DNA of 63,977 bases, filler included, from Choristocarpus tenellus KU-1152 (GCA_964200185.2; 8 parts of 8 records of this genome joined end to end with filler, not necessarily neighbours in it), one strand, 5' to 3'; shown: positions 50,350 through 63,337, counted from the whole stretch's first letter. The notes: generated by a model not told the origin, from the sequence alone. Numbers and translations are program-made.

Positions 50350-51293
50350 GCATGAAAAACGAAAACGATCTCTGTTTCATTTGATCCCTGTATTCACCCG
50401 TCAGGGTAATGGTTTTTCTGCCGAGCGCAACCATCCTTTGTATGAGTTCGTGACTGGAGAGATGGTGTGGATTTGCGGTGCTCATGGTCGCCGACCAGCT
50501 GTGGTAGTCAAAGAGGATGCCTGGAGCGGTGATGTGAGACAAGATTCATGCGATAGGTTGCGGCATGTGTTATACTGTAATTCTAGGTATGCAGAGGGTA
50601 GGATAACATTGGCTGGTATCTTTTTGCACAATCTGACGAAAGACCACCGCTTGGTATCCATTTTGGCTGTCATGCCCAGGTGGCCACATCGCTACTTGTG
50701 AAGCTGCAAAATGGGTTGGTAGTCTCAGTGGGTCGACATCTTCTCAAGCCCAAGGTGAGCATTGTCACTCAAAATAATGGCAAAAACCCCTACCACTTTC
50801 CCCCCACAATATCCAATTCATATCACCCTCATAGTTTCAACCAGTTACTCTGCATCCGTGAGGCATGGGCATATCTGAAGGTTCACCTCATATTTGTAAT
50901 AGACTGCCCCTTCCCACTATCTATCTCTCAAACCCCAGCAATATCCACAACCTGATTGCTTGAGTTTGACTCCTTTTCCCCCGCCATCTCTCCTTTCACA
51001 CATGCCCCCCCTACCACCCAACTGCTCTGTAACAGGCTGTGCTTCAACAGGGGGAACTGTGCTGCTCCTGCAGCCAGAGTGATAAGCCTGTTGCTGTCGG
51101 ATTCAACGACCGAGTAATGTGCGACACCTGTGCAGAGCATCATGCCTTTGGTGTGTCATCCTCTCCGTATCAGCACAAGTACAAGCGTGGCCCAGACACC
51201 AACGCTAGCACCAACAACACCTCGCTGGACCAGGTCACAGACAAGCTCATGACAACCATCATGGACAACCTGCGCCCAGTTGTGAGGACACAG
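50350..51293 (+). pseudogene. Degraded gene with PWWP/Tudor-like segment and C-x2-C-x16-C-x2-C zinc finger exon
   Basis: GEMVWICGAHGRRPAVVV, then LLVKLQNGLVVSVGRHLLKPK|gtgagc (50754). In-phase exon 51036-51293 (cag|..|gtatga) contains CCSC..CDTC. Frameshift in the upstream part. Confidence 0.45.
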
Positions 51294-51888
51294 GTATGAA
51301 TTGGTGTCTTGCTGTGTCAGAGTAGGTGTTGACTTTGCTGATGGGGTTGTGTGTAATCCAATGTACAAGCAGAGTATCTGGAATCTGGACGTCGTTCCCC
51401 CTCTCACTAGAGTTTGTAATATGTTTCCCTCTATTTATGAGTGAGGTGCTAGCTCTAGAGTACGCATGTATTATCATTCCAGAGTCAGACCGTAAACACC
51501 ACATACAATAAGTTCGGCCCGTGGTGTGATGCCGCTCCCTTCGATGTGTCATTAGCAAGGGGAGTGTGGTAATGAGCAGTGAACTGTAACCCCCCCATGC
51601 TACAAGATTTTGCAACCTTTTGTTTGTTTCTCGTGGTAATATTATTATTATTGTTGTTATAATTATTATTACTATTATTATTTTTATTATTATTCGTGTC
51701 CTATTTTAGCATCTGACATAACCCTCACAGATTACAGATCATGGAAGGTTTATCCTTCAGTGACAGGGTTCAAGAAGGGGCAGGGGGGNNNNNNNNNNNN
51801 NNNNNNNNNNNNNNNNNNNNNNNNNNNNNNNNTTAATTAATTAANNNNNNNNNNNNNNNNNNNNNNNNNNNNNNNNNNNNNNNNNNNN

Positions 51889-52230
51889 TGTGTGTGCTGG
51901 GTGGTCGGGGGGGGGGGTGTTGGTTGCCTCTCCTTCAGTGAAGATGACATCTTGTAGGAAAGGATCTCTTCGTGCACTCACTCATGCACAATGTGGACTG
52001 CCTGAAGTCTACTACGCAAATGTGGACCTGAGATGCTCTACAGGCAGAGCACAAGGTTTTCCAGCGCCTTGGAAAGGCATTGCCCATTCCAGTACAGTAC
52101 CACGTGAGCTTGTTGCCAGCGTTCAAGGCGCGCTTGTGCAATGGTACACTTTTCAGGCTGCCTTTCGGAGGTTGGTACATATGCAGCCCATCCAAATGTT
52201 TGGGACATGGAACAAGTTAAGCGAGGGAGA
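51889..52230 (+). pseudogene. SBNO-like: Decayed SBNO-like helicase, copy L (C-terminal fragment)
   Basis: GSLRALTHAQ..NVDLRCSTGRAQ..FRRLVHM (cf. ESLGALTHGD..FNFDNKYGRNAL..LNRILGM). Confidence 0.6.
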
Positions 52231-52499
52231 TCCAGCTAACCCTAACCCTAACCCTGGAACAACAAGTACTTTCCCTAAACCAAGGGGTTAGGCTCGGGCT
52301 TAGGGATAGCATAATGCAATGAAGTATCAATATACAATACCTCCAATAGACAAAATCGGAACTCCAACCCCACTGTAACCTTGTTCAAGATCAGCACCAC
52401 TGTACTGACCAGTCCAAAGGTCACACATCAGGTCGCAATGACTAGTCAACTTACCTCAGCAAGATTTGAGTGTGCTTATCTGAAGTCATAAAAAATAGA

Positions 52500-53810
52500 G
52501 TTCAAGGAGAACTCAGTATCAGGGCTAGGATTAGGGCCGGTGCTAGTTGTGCTGCAGTAGAGCAATAGGAACCAGACGTCAAACATGCATAGGCTCGAAA
52601 CTGTTGCAGGGGACTCACCCTCCAGAATCTAGTACAACAAAAAAAAGAAGGTGACAATATTGGACTAGCAAAATTAGGGCATTCAAAAGAAAAGAATAAT
52701 GAGGACAAGGACAACAGACGAAAATGATGACAAAATGACGGGTGGGTATGGCATCTCATGTACAACTCACGGTCATCTAAAGATAGAGCCACGCGAATGC
52801 TTCCCAGTATGCAGGGCACTACATAGAGGCTGGGAACAAGGGCATTGAGGAAGGTTGTCAACCAGCAAGAGTATTCAATTTTTTCCAGCCGCATCACCTG
52901 GGCAAAAGGGTGATCAAGCACACAAAATCAAGGGGGATAGGAGGGGGGACAATGGGTGGCATGCTGGGTACCGACTGGTAAGGCAACGATCTGGTAGAAG
53001 CAAGGCCATCTGTGTGACTTCACACCTTCTTGAAGGAAGATGATGAAATAAAGAGGACTTTTTCTGGAATAATGGTCATGTTGAGTTTTTATTGAAGAGT
53101 TTCTCCCTTATTTATTCAATACAATCGTCGCAACTTAACTCCACTCCGTGCAGTAGTTGTCCTTAGTAGGATCTTGGAGCAATTTGGTAGGTATTGATTT
53201 CTTGGTTAAAGCACTGCCTACTTACAAATGTTTCAAAACTACAAGTCAGCTGTTCACTTGATTCGAGAAGGGTACGAACAAAGGACAGCCCCCAACCCTT
53301 CATCAAGCCACCGAAGGTGCAAAAAGCCTTGAGGTCAAGCACAAAATAGACAGATTTGGACACAAAAGATTACTCTCGCTCACTGTGAATTAAGGGGATA
53401 CTAGATTATCGCACAGTGTCCTTATTCCTTGTCGGGAAGATAGATTGCCTGAAGCAAATACAATATCGTTACTGGTCGTCAGTCCACCACATGCCGCCAA
53501 CACACACAGCCTATATATGGACCCCTAACAGCACCCTGCTTGCCCCTGCAAGAAACTACAACCATAATGTGATTCCATACACAAGTAATTCTTGTGCTAC
53601 GTATGGATTTCCCTCTCGCACAACACAAGCATTGATCGGATGGTTGGGAAGTGTATAGGTGTCTGTGGCATTGAGAGATCTCGATAGTAGTGCAAGCAAG
53701 CGTATTGTTGCAAATGCAAATATTCAACTACAAAATGGACCAGGCCAACTGACAGTGATGGAGGCGGAGAGGGGTGGTGACGAAAGGGGTGTGCTAGCAT
53801 GCACCACAAA
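52500..53810 (-). pseudogene. SBNO-like: Decayed SBNO-like helicase, copy M (P-loop part)
   Basis: LQQYACLHYYRDL; MKGWGLSFVRTLLES; LTTFLNAL..VALSLDDRELYMR (cf. FSDFIQAV..VLLSQSYVKMYNK). Weak matches. Confidence 0.45.
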
Positions 53811-53939
53811 TATTTGACCTAGAGAGGGCCGCGCTCCAGATACAAGCGCAGTGGCAGTCAATACGTCTGGTGATTCACCATTACATCCGATTGGTCGTTT
53901 ACGTACAAGATAAATGATCGTGCTGACACACTTGTAATA

Positions 53940-55980
53940 TCACCAACTGCGCACCTCTTGGACCATAACGATGACCATGAAAACAATTGTCGTTACTCCA
54001 GACAGAAGGGCCAAACCCGCAGAGCCAGCGTGGAAAGACACGCTACTGCGTCTGTTGGTCGGAGATAGGTGAGGTAGAGGATAAGATCGCGAGTTGGTAA
54101 GCATGAGGTATGGTTGGGTGAGGGTACATCCATAACAGAGAGAGGGAAAGGTAGACAGTTTGCGACTTGGCAAAGTTCTACACGATGTGAAGGTTAGAGT
54201 TGAGGCATTGAAGTCGGGATGCAAGACGCCTCACAGTCTCCAGAAATGGTACATCTTCACAGCGAGAAAGACGAACCACAATGAATGTGCGGCAATCAGG
54301 ATCCATGATGACGTCTTCATGCTGTGGCAGCAAGGTATAGCGTCGTTGACCACGGCCTTGCACGTGGCAGACTTTCGTACTGTGGGCAACCTTCAAGTCC
54401 ACACCAGTAGTAGGAAAGTTGGGAACGCTCAGAGGTTGGTAAATCTTTTCTAATCATACATACATGGCAACAATAAATACATTTGAAGATGAGAGGAACT
54501 CAATTACTTAGGAATATATGGACCTTGACAATCTGTACCATAGTTGTCGTATTTCACCGAACCAAAATCGAAATGTATATCAATCATATTTGTGGACCCG
54601 TTGGGTTTGGATTGGAATACATAAAAACACAAAACAGCACAACACCACCATAAATTGGTTAGTAGTTTCGAGATATCACTTTCTCAGTACGTTCTGAATG
54701 AGGGTGGAAATTGGGAATGAGTGGGAAGGTGAGCGGACGAACAAACCAAGCTACAGATATATTTAAGCAAAAAATAGATTGAAAAAGATGCCCCTCCGTC
54801 CGTTGACCATAAAGCTAGCAAAGAATACTCCCAAACGTCCAGACTATACATACAAGACCACAAAGTTTCATGCTTCTAGCTCTTAACGTCTGGAAAAGAG
54901 ACATATTCATTAACACGAACACAAAACTCTAAAAATATATACTTCAATACTTTCAAGACTTAAGGAACAACATGCAGAATGTCTCTTCAAACCTCGTTAA
55001 TGGTGAGTCAGATCATAATTATTGTAGGAGGTGTTAGTGTTTTGTTCAACCATTGAAAATGGAATCAAAGGGTCAGGTAATTTGAATTTCCATGATTGAC
55101 TTTTAGTATAACTATTGATAAATAGAACGAATCAACTCTTCGAAAGTGTTGATCGTTTGATTTGAGGAGATGAATGCATGATTTATTAATCCGAAATTGT
55201 TAGTATAGATTCAAGTTACTGTTGGATGTAGGTTGTTACAAAATATACAATAATCTATACTTCGAAGAACAACATTTAACAAAACTATTTCTGTTGTGCT
55301 TTTTTTGAGATTCAATAATGTTGTTTCTACAAAAAGTGATGTGAGAAATGTTACAACAATGGTTTGACATCAATTTTCCAGCAGATGACTTTCAAATATT
55401 ATTGATAAAAATTATGTTTTGTCCTTTATCGTTAGCCCATAATTCAAATTATTTGTTCGATTGATTTGTTTATGGATATGAAGAATTTGTATTGTGAAGC
55501 ATGTTGATTGAATTCAATCATATACCTCCACCCTCAATTTCTCATTCACAGAAATCAAGAAAAAACAAAATATCTTTTTTACCCACCACTCAAATTCATT
55601 GTTTACGCTTGATGTCATACCCAACATAAACAACGCCTTCCAGATATTTCCTTTGAGGTCAATACCCTAACAATTGATATTTCCTACCAGTCTGACACTG
55701 TTTACCCTTTTGTTCGTACGCATTTCCCCCCATGCGATGAGGTCAGTCGAGATGCAGGCAATCATCTTAACAAAGTCTGCTTTTGCAACCTGCTTCCTGC
55801 CACTCTACGTGGATAATGTAAGGATTTTGTGGAAGGTCTGTACGGGCACTTGAGGGTAAGAAAGTCCCTAATCGGACTTTCCGATGTGTGGAAAACGTTG
55901 GTGGTTAGAGCTGCGGGATCCGTGGGACCAAGATGGGAGTGTGACTTACGCTCTATCTCTGTCTCGGCATTCATATCTGT
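53940..55980 (-). pseudogene. SBNO-like: Decayed SBNO-like helicase, copy N
   Basis: KKDILFFLISVNEKL (cf. RKRALWFSVSNDL); NFGLI..INTFEELIRSI; TTGVDL..EDVPFLETVRRLASRLQCL (54200-54412; cf. SSGISL..GEQRFASIVAKRLESL). Confidence 0.55.
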
Positions 55981-56049
55981 GCCTCAGACTAAACAGTTGT
56001 AAATGCAATCTTTCTTTCTTTCCTCTGGATGTCCCTCACAACAATCTCA

Positions 56050-58330
56050 TTTTTTATTGATCTTCGCACCTCAAGTTGGTACAATTTCTTCACTGTTTGT
56101 CAACAGAATTATGCTCTTGTCAAGAATCTCACATGCTCAGACGAACTTGTTGTGACAATAGCGTGGAGCAATAATCCTGTGCAGTACTCTAGAGTCTCGC
56201 TTGCAACAACCATAACATGCTACTGGTGATTTTTTGTGGCAGGGATAAGGTTAAACCTCCACGAGTTAGTAGGCACTGTACTCCAGCAGCCACGGGTGGA
56301 AAGAAAAAATGGGTGAGTGTGCCTGGGTAAATGACTGGGAACTCTGCTGGGGGCATAAGAGCAGCCACAGTGCTTGAGCAGCAGAAGGGAAAAGAGTGGA
56401 GGGAGGGGCTGTGTGATCTGTGCCTGAGGGAGAAGAGGAAAAGCTCCACCAGGTAGCAAAAAAATGGTGCTCCATCTCCACCCAAAGGAATGGCATAGGA
56501 GGGGGCTATGTCTGAGTAGAAGGGTTGGGGTGTGTTTGGGAAGTGGGCTGTTCCAGTCTGAGCAGGATTAGAGGATTGACCAAAAAGATATCGTTTGTAT
56601 TGGATGTGTGTGTAACTTTTACCTTAAAAGTGGTCTACAGGGAATTCAAAATTTATAATGGAGGTATCATAGGCCTGCCAGGCGGATCAACACAAATCAT
56701 AACCTGGGCAATCCATCCCCTCAACAATGTTCAACAAAAAAATGTTGGACTACAGGTAGAAGTTAGGTTTGGGGTGTTGTTGTAATCAAATGGCATTTGG
56801 ACCAACTATTCTATAAATAATGTTCAAGAAATTGATGAACTAGAGATAAAATTGAAGATGGGGGGTCTGACAATCGTTACAAACATCCACTGAAGATAGG
56901 GGTAGCTACATATATAACTTTTTCTATTATATTACAGAGTGGAATGGACGTTTTAAATTGTGCACAAGTGAAGTTTTGTTTTTTGGACACCTGACCGTGG
57001 AGGAGCCCCCAACGAGCTTCCTGTTGATAGGTAGGTACATGTGGTGGAACTAACTTTGGCTCTATTAATAATGTATTCGTGGAAATTTAAGGTATAAATT
57101 TCACTCATAGAATTGTGATAGTGCAGAATCTGCTCTTATTTTGCATCATGTTAGGCTGAGTGATTAGTTCACTTTTCGACCACAATGCTACCTAGTGGGG
57201 GGGCACTTGCCTTTACTCGTACCTAATGCCACATACAGAGTAGCTGAGGCTGAAAATACGAGACTTGATTTACCTGAGAGCACACACCTGTTCCTTCTGA
57301 GGGCCCAGTTCAAAAGTTACAAGGCATCTCTAATTTGACTTACAATAAAAGAGTCCCCAGTTCCGATCTTCTTATGTCATACCTGACCCTCATCGGGATA
57401 AGCAAATAGTTTCTGTCCTTACTGGGTTCCTCCCAATCTCCCTCCTCGTACAGTCCCGTCCAATATGGTGACTTGAAAACGTTTTTTTTTCCTGAGCACC
57501 AAGTGTCGATTCCTCTGTTGTCTTAAGACTTCTTGACGCAAGTACCTGGTTGTCACAGACAAAGCATACCTTGCCCCCTTAGCCATCTGCGATTGAATTG
57601 TGACTGATCGAACTGCTGGTTACTTCTGTACCTGAAAGCAATGATTGCAACAAAGGAGAACGCAAACAAGCAGTGAGGGCACAAACGGACGACAAGAGTA
57701 TGTGAATCAGGCGGAACCTACTCTACGGAAAATCGAGACATGAATATATACGCACACAACATAAATGCTAACAGCACCCCTTTGCATAATCTCGAGACCT
57801 TCAAGATATGTTCTAGGGCACAGGTCATTGGTGTGACTCGGTGGATATAGTACGGTGGTCAGCACTATCACCTAGCCTTAAGACCAAAAACAGAGGCAGA
57901 AGCCATGCACTCCAGCCATGCACTCCAGCCAAGTCCATTGACGCACAATTTCCATTCCTCTCTTAAGAGTGAGCCACAGATGCGACGAAGCAGATCCTTT
58001 CTCCCAAAGTGAAGAGAAGTGGAGAGGGAGACGAGCCCATAACATTCCAGGGAACTGACAACAATCCCATGCAGTAACCCAAGTTTTCTCTCCATTTTGA
58101 AGAAACAAGGTAGGACTTCCATGTTACAGCACACTACAGAAGCTGACCTCCACAGGATGTATAGCCCCAGCCCACAAGCCTATAGATGGCGATGATGCAT
58201 AAGGGTCAAGTATACTGGATCGCTCACTTGGATTATTCCCTTCGTAAGTATCATCAAAATCGTCATATAAATGGAACTGGTACGTATCATTTGGGGTATG
58301 ATAATAACTAAATAGTAAATTGATAATCAA
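56050..58330 (-). pseudogene. SBNO-like: Decayed SBNO-like helicase, copy O
   Basis: YEGNNPSERSS..IGLWAGA (58160-58250; cf. YASATGASEPRN..LGIWGEG); GMLWARLPLHFS (cf. GMYIARQLSFT); PSLHS..AEFP (56335-56408). Confidence 0.5.
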
Positions 58331-59909
58331 AAAGCACAAATATATCAAAGACCTTAGGAACATCCATTCACTCCCTCCTAGCCACAGGTGTCCCTCCAGA
58401 AGACCTTGCCAAAATCATTGGCTAAGACTGAGTAACCTGGGGGGGAACAACATCCCCTACACCTGCCCCAGAGGTACATATCCTAGCTGCCCATGACGCC
58501 AGGATCACAAGGAGGGCTCAATACGAGATCACATGCCTCGTCAACAAGATCCGTCTTTACTCCTTCAGGACACAACTTGCTGGCCTTCCAAATGAGGCAC
58601 ATCAAGGGAGGGATAGCTCCTCATTGGGTCTAGAACACACCACCGGAGCCAGTGTGGACACGGGGCAAACATGTGGGCCTCGACTCAACCTCTGGAACCA
58701 GCATGCCAGATCCCCCATTCAAGCTCACAGTCAGCAGATCCCTAGGGAGGGAGGAGGCCCCATCCGACAGGTGCCCAGTGGCAGGGTGCAGGAGGCAAAA
58801 TGTTGATACCAGACGTGNNNNNNNNNNNNNNNNNNNNNNNNNNNNNNNNNNNNNNNNNNNNTTAATTAATTAANNNNNNNNNNNNNNNNNNNNNNNNNNN
58901 NNNNNNNNNNNNNNNNNTTAAGACCGTTTTCGCAAAAAACCCATCCTCATAGTCCCGCGCCTTCCTCAATTTTGAGATTCCCCTGTTAATTGTCAATCAC
59001 AAAGTACTACCATCTGTATATTCATCCGTGACATTAAATTGTAATAATGTATTACATGCATCCCACGAAGTACAGTCATGGTCCTACTTTAAGGCGCCCA
59101 CCCATGTCCAACCCCAGATCCATATCCCTTACGCTTCACACTGCAAAACCCATCATAAAAGGTAAGTGTGATTGTGATTCTAGGGCGACCCCAAACTTGA
59201 GTTGTTGTATAGTTCAACTTCTTGAAAAATATAGTTTTTTATGATTCGTCACAATTAGAAATATTTGTTGTCATTATATTGTGGCAACTACTCATTGTTG
59301 GTGTTAGGGAGAATATCTAGAAGTAATATAGACGTACATCATCAGTGTGTAAAGTAGAGTCGTTTTGTGGGGAACCACTGGACGAAACCCAGAAAACTCC
59401 ACATTTCCTCCAAAAAATTGGAGGTCTGTCGCCACTACTGACATGCATGCACCATTGACGGTTTCCTGTATCGTCGTAGCAAACCACCAGCAAAAACACC
59501 AAAACCCCCCCAAGTAATACGCTGACACAAACAGATCGATCAATCAATCCGTCATCTACACTACAGATGCGTCTACAAGCAAAAGTATTAATTCAACAAG
59601 AGCGTCACTTTGACTTTACATAGTAAAAAAATATGCAAGCACGTACCTCTCAAGGTAGTAGTGCTGACGAAACTAAAGAGTTGGGCACAAATCAAAAATA
59701 TTTCCGAATATATGTCAAATCTGCTCAATATACCTTAATTTTTTTTGTCAACTTGTTACGAAGAGGAGTTACATACAAATTAAGGTGTTCAAGGTGTAAT
59801 GGGATTTCGAAGTGTGGAAAGACTAGTCAATACTACGTCACTAAAAACATTTTCAAGATTTCGCAGTTGGCACACACACACTCACAAAGAGATAACTGAC
59901 TAACCAGAT

Positions 59910-61864
59910 GGTGTAGACGATTACAAGACCAACTGTTCTTCAAGCACGAAAAAGGGTGATGGCGATTAAACCACAAGATTTGACAAGTCTAACCTTCCAT
60001 CTACCCTCTCCAGCCTATTCCCCGGGAGCAAACGGCCTGATTTGCTTGTTGTGTGTTGCATTGCTCATCTATCACCATAGTGGATATCTTGTTCTGTGCC
60101 CCATTTACCTTCAACACAAAATCGCAAACATGATTCTAACCATGCTTGGCATGGCATGTATTTCAGCATACTTTAAGGCGTGACTGGACCTTCCAACCCT
60201 GGACACATTTCACTAAACGGAATGAAGGTGTTAAGTCCAACTTGACAATGGGGTACATCAGCGGTTGACACACCATATTACCACAAAACTTGACATGGCC
60301 CCACCATTGCCTTCCAACTGTATGTTAAAAACAAGGAAGCAAACAGGGATAAGAGTATGCCAATGGAACCAACAACAAAGTATGTAATTTCTTGTTCTGC
60401 CTTACCACAGCTACTTTCATCTTGTGTCCTCACTCCTCACAGTCACAGACCTCTAGTGCCAACAAAGAAAAGCAGTTGCGAATATTCCTCCAAGGAGGAA
60501 AAGCATTCTGGTTCCACCCTCTATACAGGACAAGGTTTCATGACCTACTGCCTCCACCTGACTATCCCTCTTTTTAGCTCTATGCTCCAGGCCTCATGAC
60601 ATTTCACTGGATACTATCCCCCCCTCTGATAGAACTCAAACGGACAGCAGTAGAGCATACACCTGAGTACCTGGATTCTTTTCTCACCACTTCATGAACT
60701 CCCTCTTCCACGAGCATGAAATATAAATTTCATCCTCCTACACCCCATCCATCAGGCAGCCTCCATCCTTAGTCTGTCATCACAGTAACACACTCCAACC
60801 ACTAGGAGTGTACCCACAAAAACAAAAGAAAAAATAATCTTCTTGGTAGCTAAAAAAATGTATTTATTGTAATATGCTTTTGGTCTCTGTTTTGTACTGA
60901 CACAGCAGAAAATAATCCGTACTGAAGACAACTCTTGATCCAACTTCCATCCCACTCCCACTCCCCTCCCTCCCCCACAGCTGTGCTTTTGCAATCCCAA
61001 TCAACCAAAAAGGAGTCATTTCCTCTGCCACTCCATCCTCTGTCATCCACATTTGTTCGCGTGCCCCCCTTCCCTTACCCTCCCCCCTCTCCACCTTCCA
61101 TCTCCAATTTTTCCCTATCCATTTTCATCCAACTTCACACTTGCTGAACCCATCCACAGTCTTGCCATTCTGACTGTGCACGGGTCAGAAAAATACTGTC
61201 TTGTTTTTCCAATTTTCCAAAAAGTCGGACACTTCCGTATCACATATCAAGCAAGCTAATCACATCTTCACAACAAATCAAGCACAGCCAACAGGCAGTA
61301 CGAAATCTTCTGGATTGGGTGCTAGAGTATTGTACGACGATTCACCAATCCGACCAATGCAAAACAAGAGCGAGAGCATTCAAAGCATCAACATAAAAAA
61401 AAAGAAGTAAGCACACACAATACTCTCCTGCATTCCCTTCCCTTAGTTCAAGCTGCAATCCCTCCCACTCCCCATCCTTTCCTCCATGCATACCCCTGTC
61501 CCAGGAAAGACTTAACAATGTAGAGCAAACTCAAAAGCTTTGAAAAATCTAGCACTCACATATGCTCCACATTAAAACAACAATGTTGAGGGATGCCAAG
61601 CTACCCTCACCCCCCCAAAACCTTGCCCCTCCCTTTTATCACATCGTATGGCCAACAGGAAAGACCTACCAACTTCTACATCAGACCATCTCTCCACTTC
61701 CAAGTGCAACACAAACTCAATCCTATTACCCTTCTTTGAGGAGCATAAATGCCCTTGAGAGTACAAATCTCATCAACACAAAACCCAGTGTAAGACAGCA
61801 AAACAGAGATAACAAGAGACAGCATCCCTATATATCAAGGGTCTCTGGGAGGCCCACTTCTTGA
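59910..61864 (+). pseudogene. SBNO-like: Decayed SBNO-like helicase, copy P
   Basis: MAIKPQDLTSLTFHLPSPAYSPG..LLCVALLIYHHSGYL (59956-60183); LPQLLSSC..YTGQG (60357-60599; cf. LKQLLHWC..KTGLA); KLPSPP..PTGK..NRDNKRQH (61562-61864). Confidence 0.55.
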
Positions 61865-62225
61865 CCCCCCCACCCTTCTCCTCCCCCTCCCCCTCCGTCG
61901 CCCCATATCCCACCTCCTTCATCGCTCTTGTATCGCCCACAGTCCATGCACCTACAGTTCCCCTCCAACCTCACCCACCTGACCTATCCCTAAGAACACT
62001 CTCAACTCTCATCTTTCACTCCTACTAAGACTCAATTCCATCCAAACAATTCCCACATTTGTCCCTCAATCGGACAGAAACAACACTAAAACATATAACG
62101 CATGCCTGCTCATCTATCCCACCCCCCCTAAATGCCTGCACATGGCAAATGCCGTAAGAGCATCCAAATGAGAACGGCGGTAGAACAGCATCTGGCCCTC
62201 TCCTCAATAAGGGGCCACTGCCTAA

Positions 62226-63219
62226 TCAGTATGCAGGATCACGCTTGCGGTCACCTCCTCGGGGCCGCCTGTTAAAGCGCCTTCCCCTTCCACCTCCATA
62301 TCCATTCCTGCTAAGGAGAGGTAATTGGGAGGAGGGGGGGCAGGGGACGAAATTTTACTACATGAAGCAAAACAACAAAAGAGGCTAATGGCTGTGAGAC
62401 TTTGGGAGGGAATGGGCAAGGCAGACCATAAGGGTCACTATGTATTCTTGAAATTATTTTGGTTCTTTCTGTCCTAGTGGAAGGCATGCAAAATACCAAA
62501 TACCCAAGGAGTCTCAATTCTTGTTGCTTTGACAATCTTCCTTCACACTTAAGAAAACTACCACCACAGCACCTCAGTTCAACCGCACACCTGAAAATAA
62601 AAATCTCACCCGCAAGAAATTTCTGTGTTATTTCTGTGTTACGGAGTGATCCACCACAAGATTCAGTCACAGCAAAGAAACAAGATCCAAACCATGTTAC
62701 CCTTCCCATAAATTCAACTCGCTGAAGATATCAAACATATCAAATACCTTGGACTACTCTCTGCACAGACACATGCACAAGCTGTGAAGCAAGACATGCC
62801 CTTACCTCCCCTATTCCTCACACAATTCTACCTCAAATCAGAAAACAAAGCTATCTATGAGACCTCTCCCATACAATGAAAAAACCCATCATTGCGACAC
62901 CGAGAAAATGGATGAGACATGGGGGGTATCCCCACTCCACCGAGATCAAGCAGCCGACCCAGACAAATATACCAACAGCTACACTCTTTCCCCCCCCCCT
63001 CCCACCCCTCAGTCCAACGATGACTTGCCTTGGTGTGGGTGTGGACTTCCGGGCCTCAACAGTGCAGGCCACCTCGCCTAGCTGCAGTTCCAGACTCCCC
63101 TCAATAGCAGCATTAACAGCATCTACATCTCCATACTCAACAAAAGCCCAGGTGCGGATATCGTCGCCAATGTGCTTCACACGGAGAATGACTGAAACTA
63201 TATCCCCATACTGGGAGAA
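62226..63219 (-). CDS. RRM plus RGG-tail RNA-binding protein, last two exons (G3BP/NTF2-RRM-like C-terminus)
   Basis: Exon 63219-63029 encodes FSQYGDIVSV..WAFVEY..AAI..TVEARK and ends at a GC donor (gcaagt). Exon 62310-62226 encodes RNGYGGGRGRRFNRRPRGGDRKRDPAY*. Phases match. Confidence 0.85.
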
Positions 63220-63278
63220 CTGTATTTATTTATTGAGTCGGAGAGATATCAACACAACCGTAGAGACATGCCATTGGT

Positions 63279-63337
63279 ATCATAATACCAATATCATAAT
63301 ATCATAATATCAATATCATAGTATCATAATATCATAA
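63279..63337. repeat. (ATCATAAT)n minisatellite in intron
   Basis: Imperfect 8-mer tandem repeat. Confidence 0.85.

Noticed and set aside
52237-52305. Chromosome end suggested by CCCTAA repeats
   Set aside because: There are only ~3 units and they are internal to the contig, so this is an interstitial repeat.
54980-55720. AT-rich block initially suspected to be giant-virus or organellar DNA
   Set aside because: No viral or organellar gene was recognised. It is better explained by SBNO motifs (copy N), although that call is moderate.
56525-56785. Penelope-like RT motif (ISFVLDV..HP)
   Set aside because: Too few residues match and there is no supporting RT or GIY-YIG motif.
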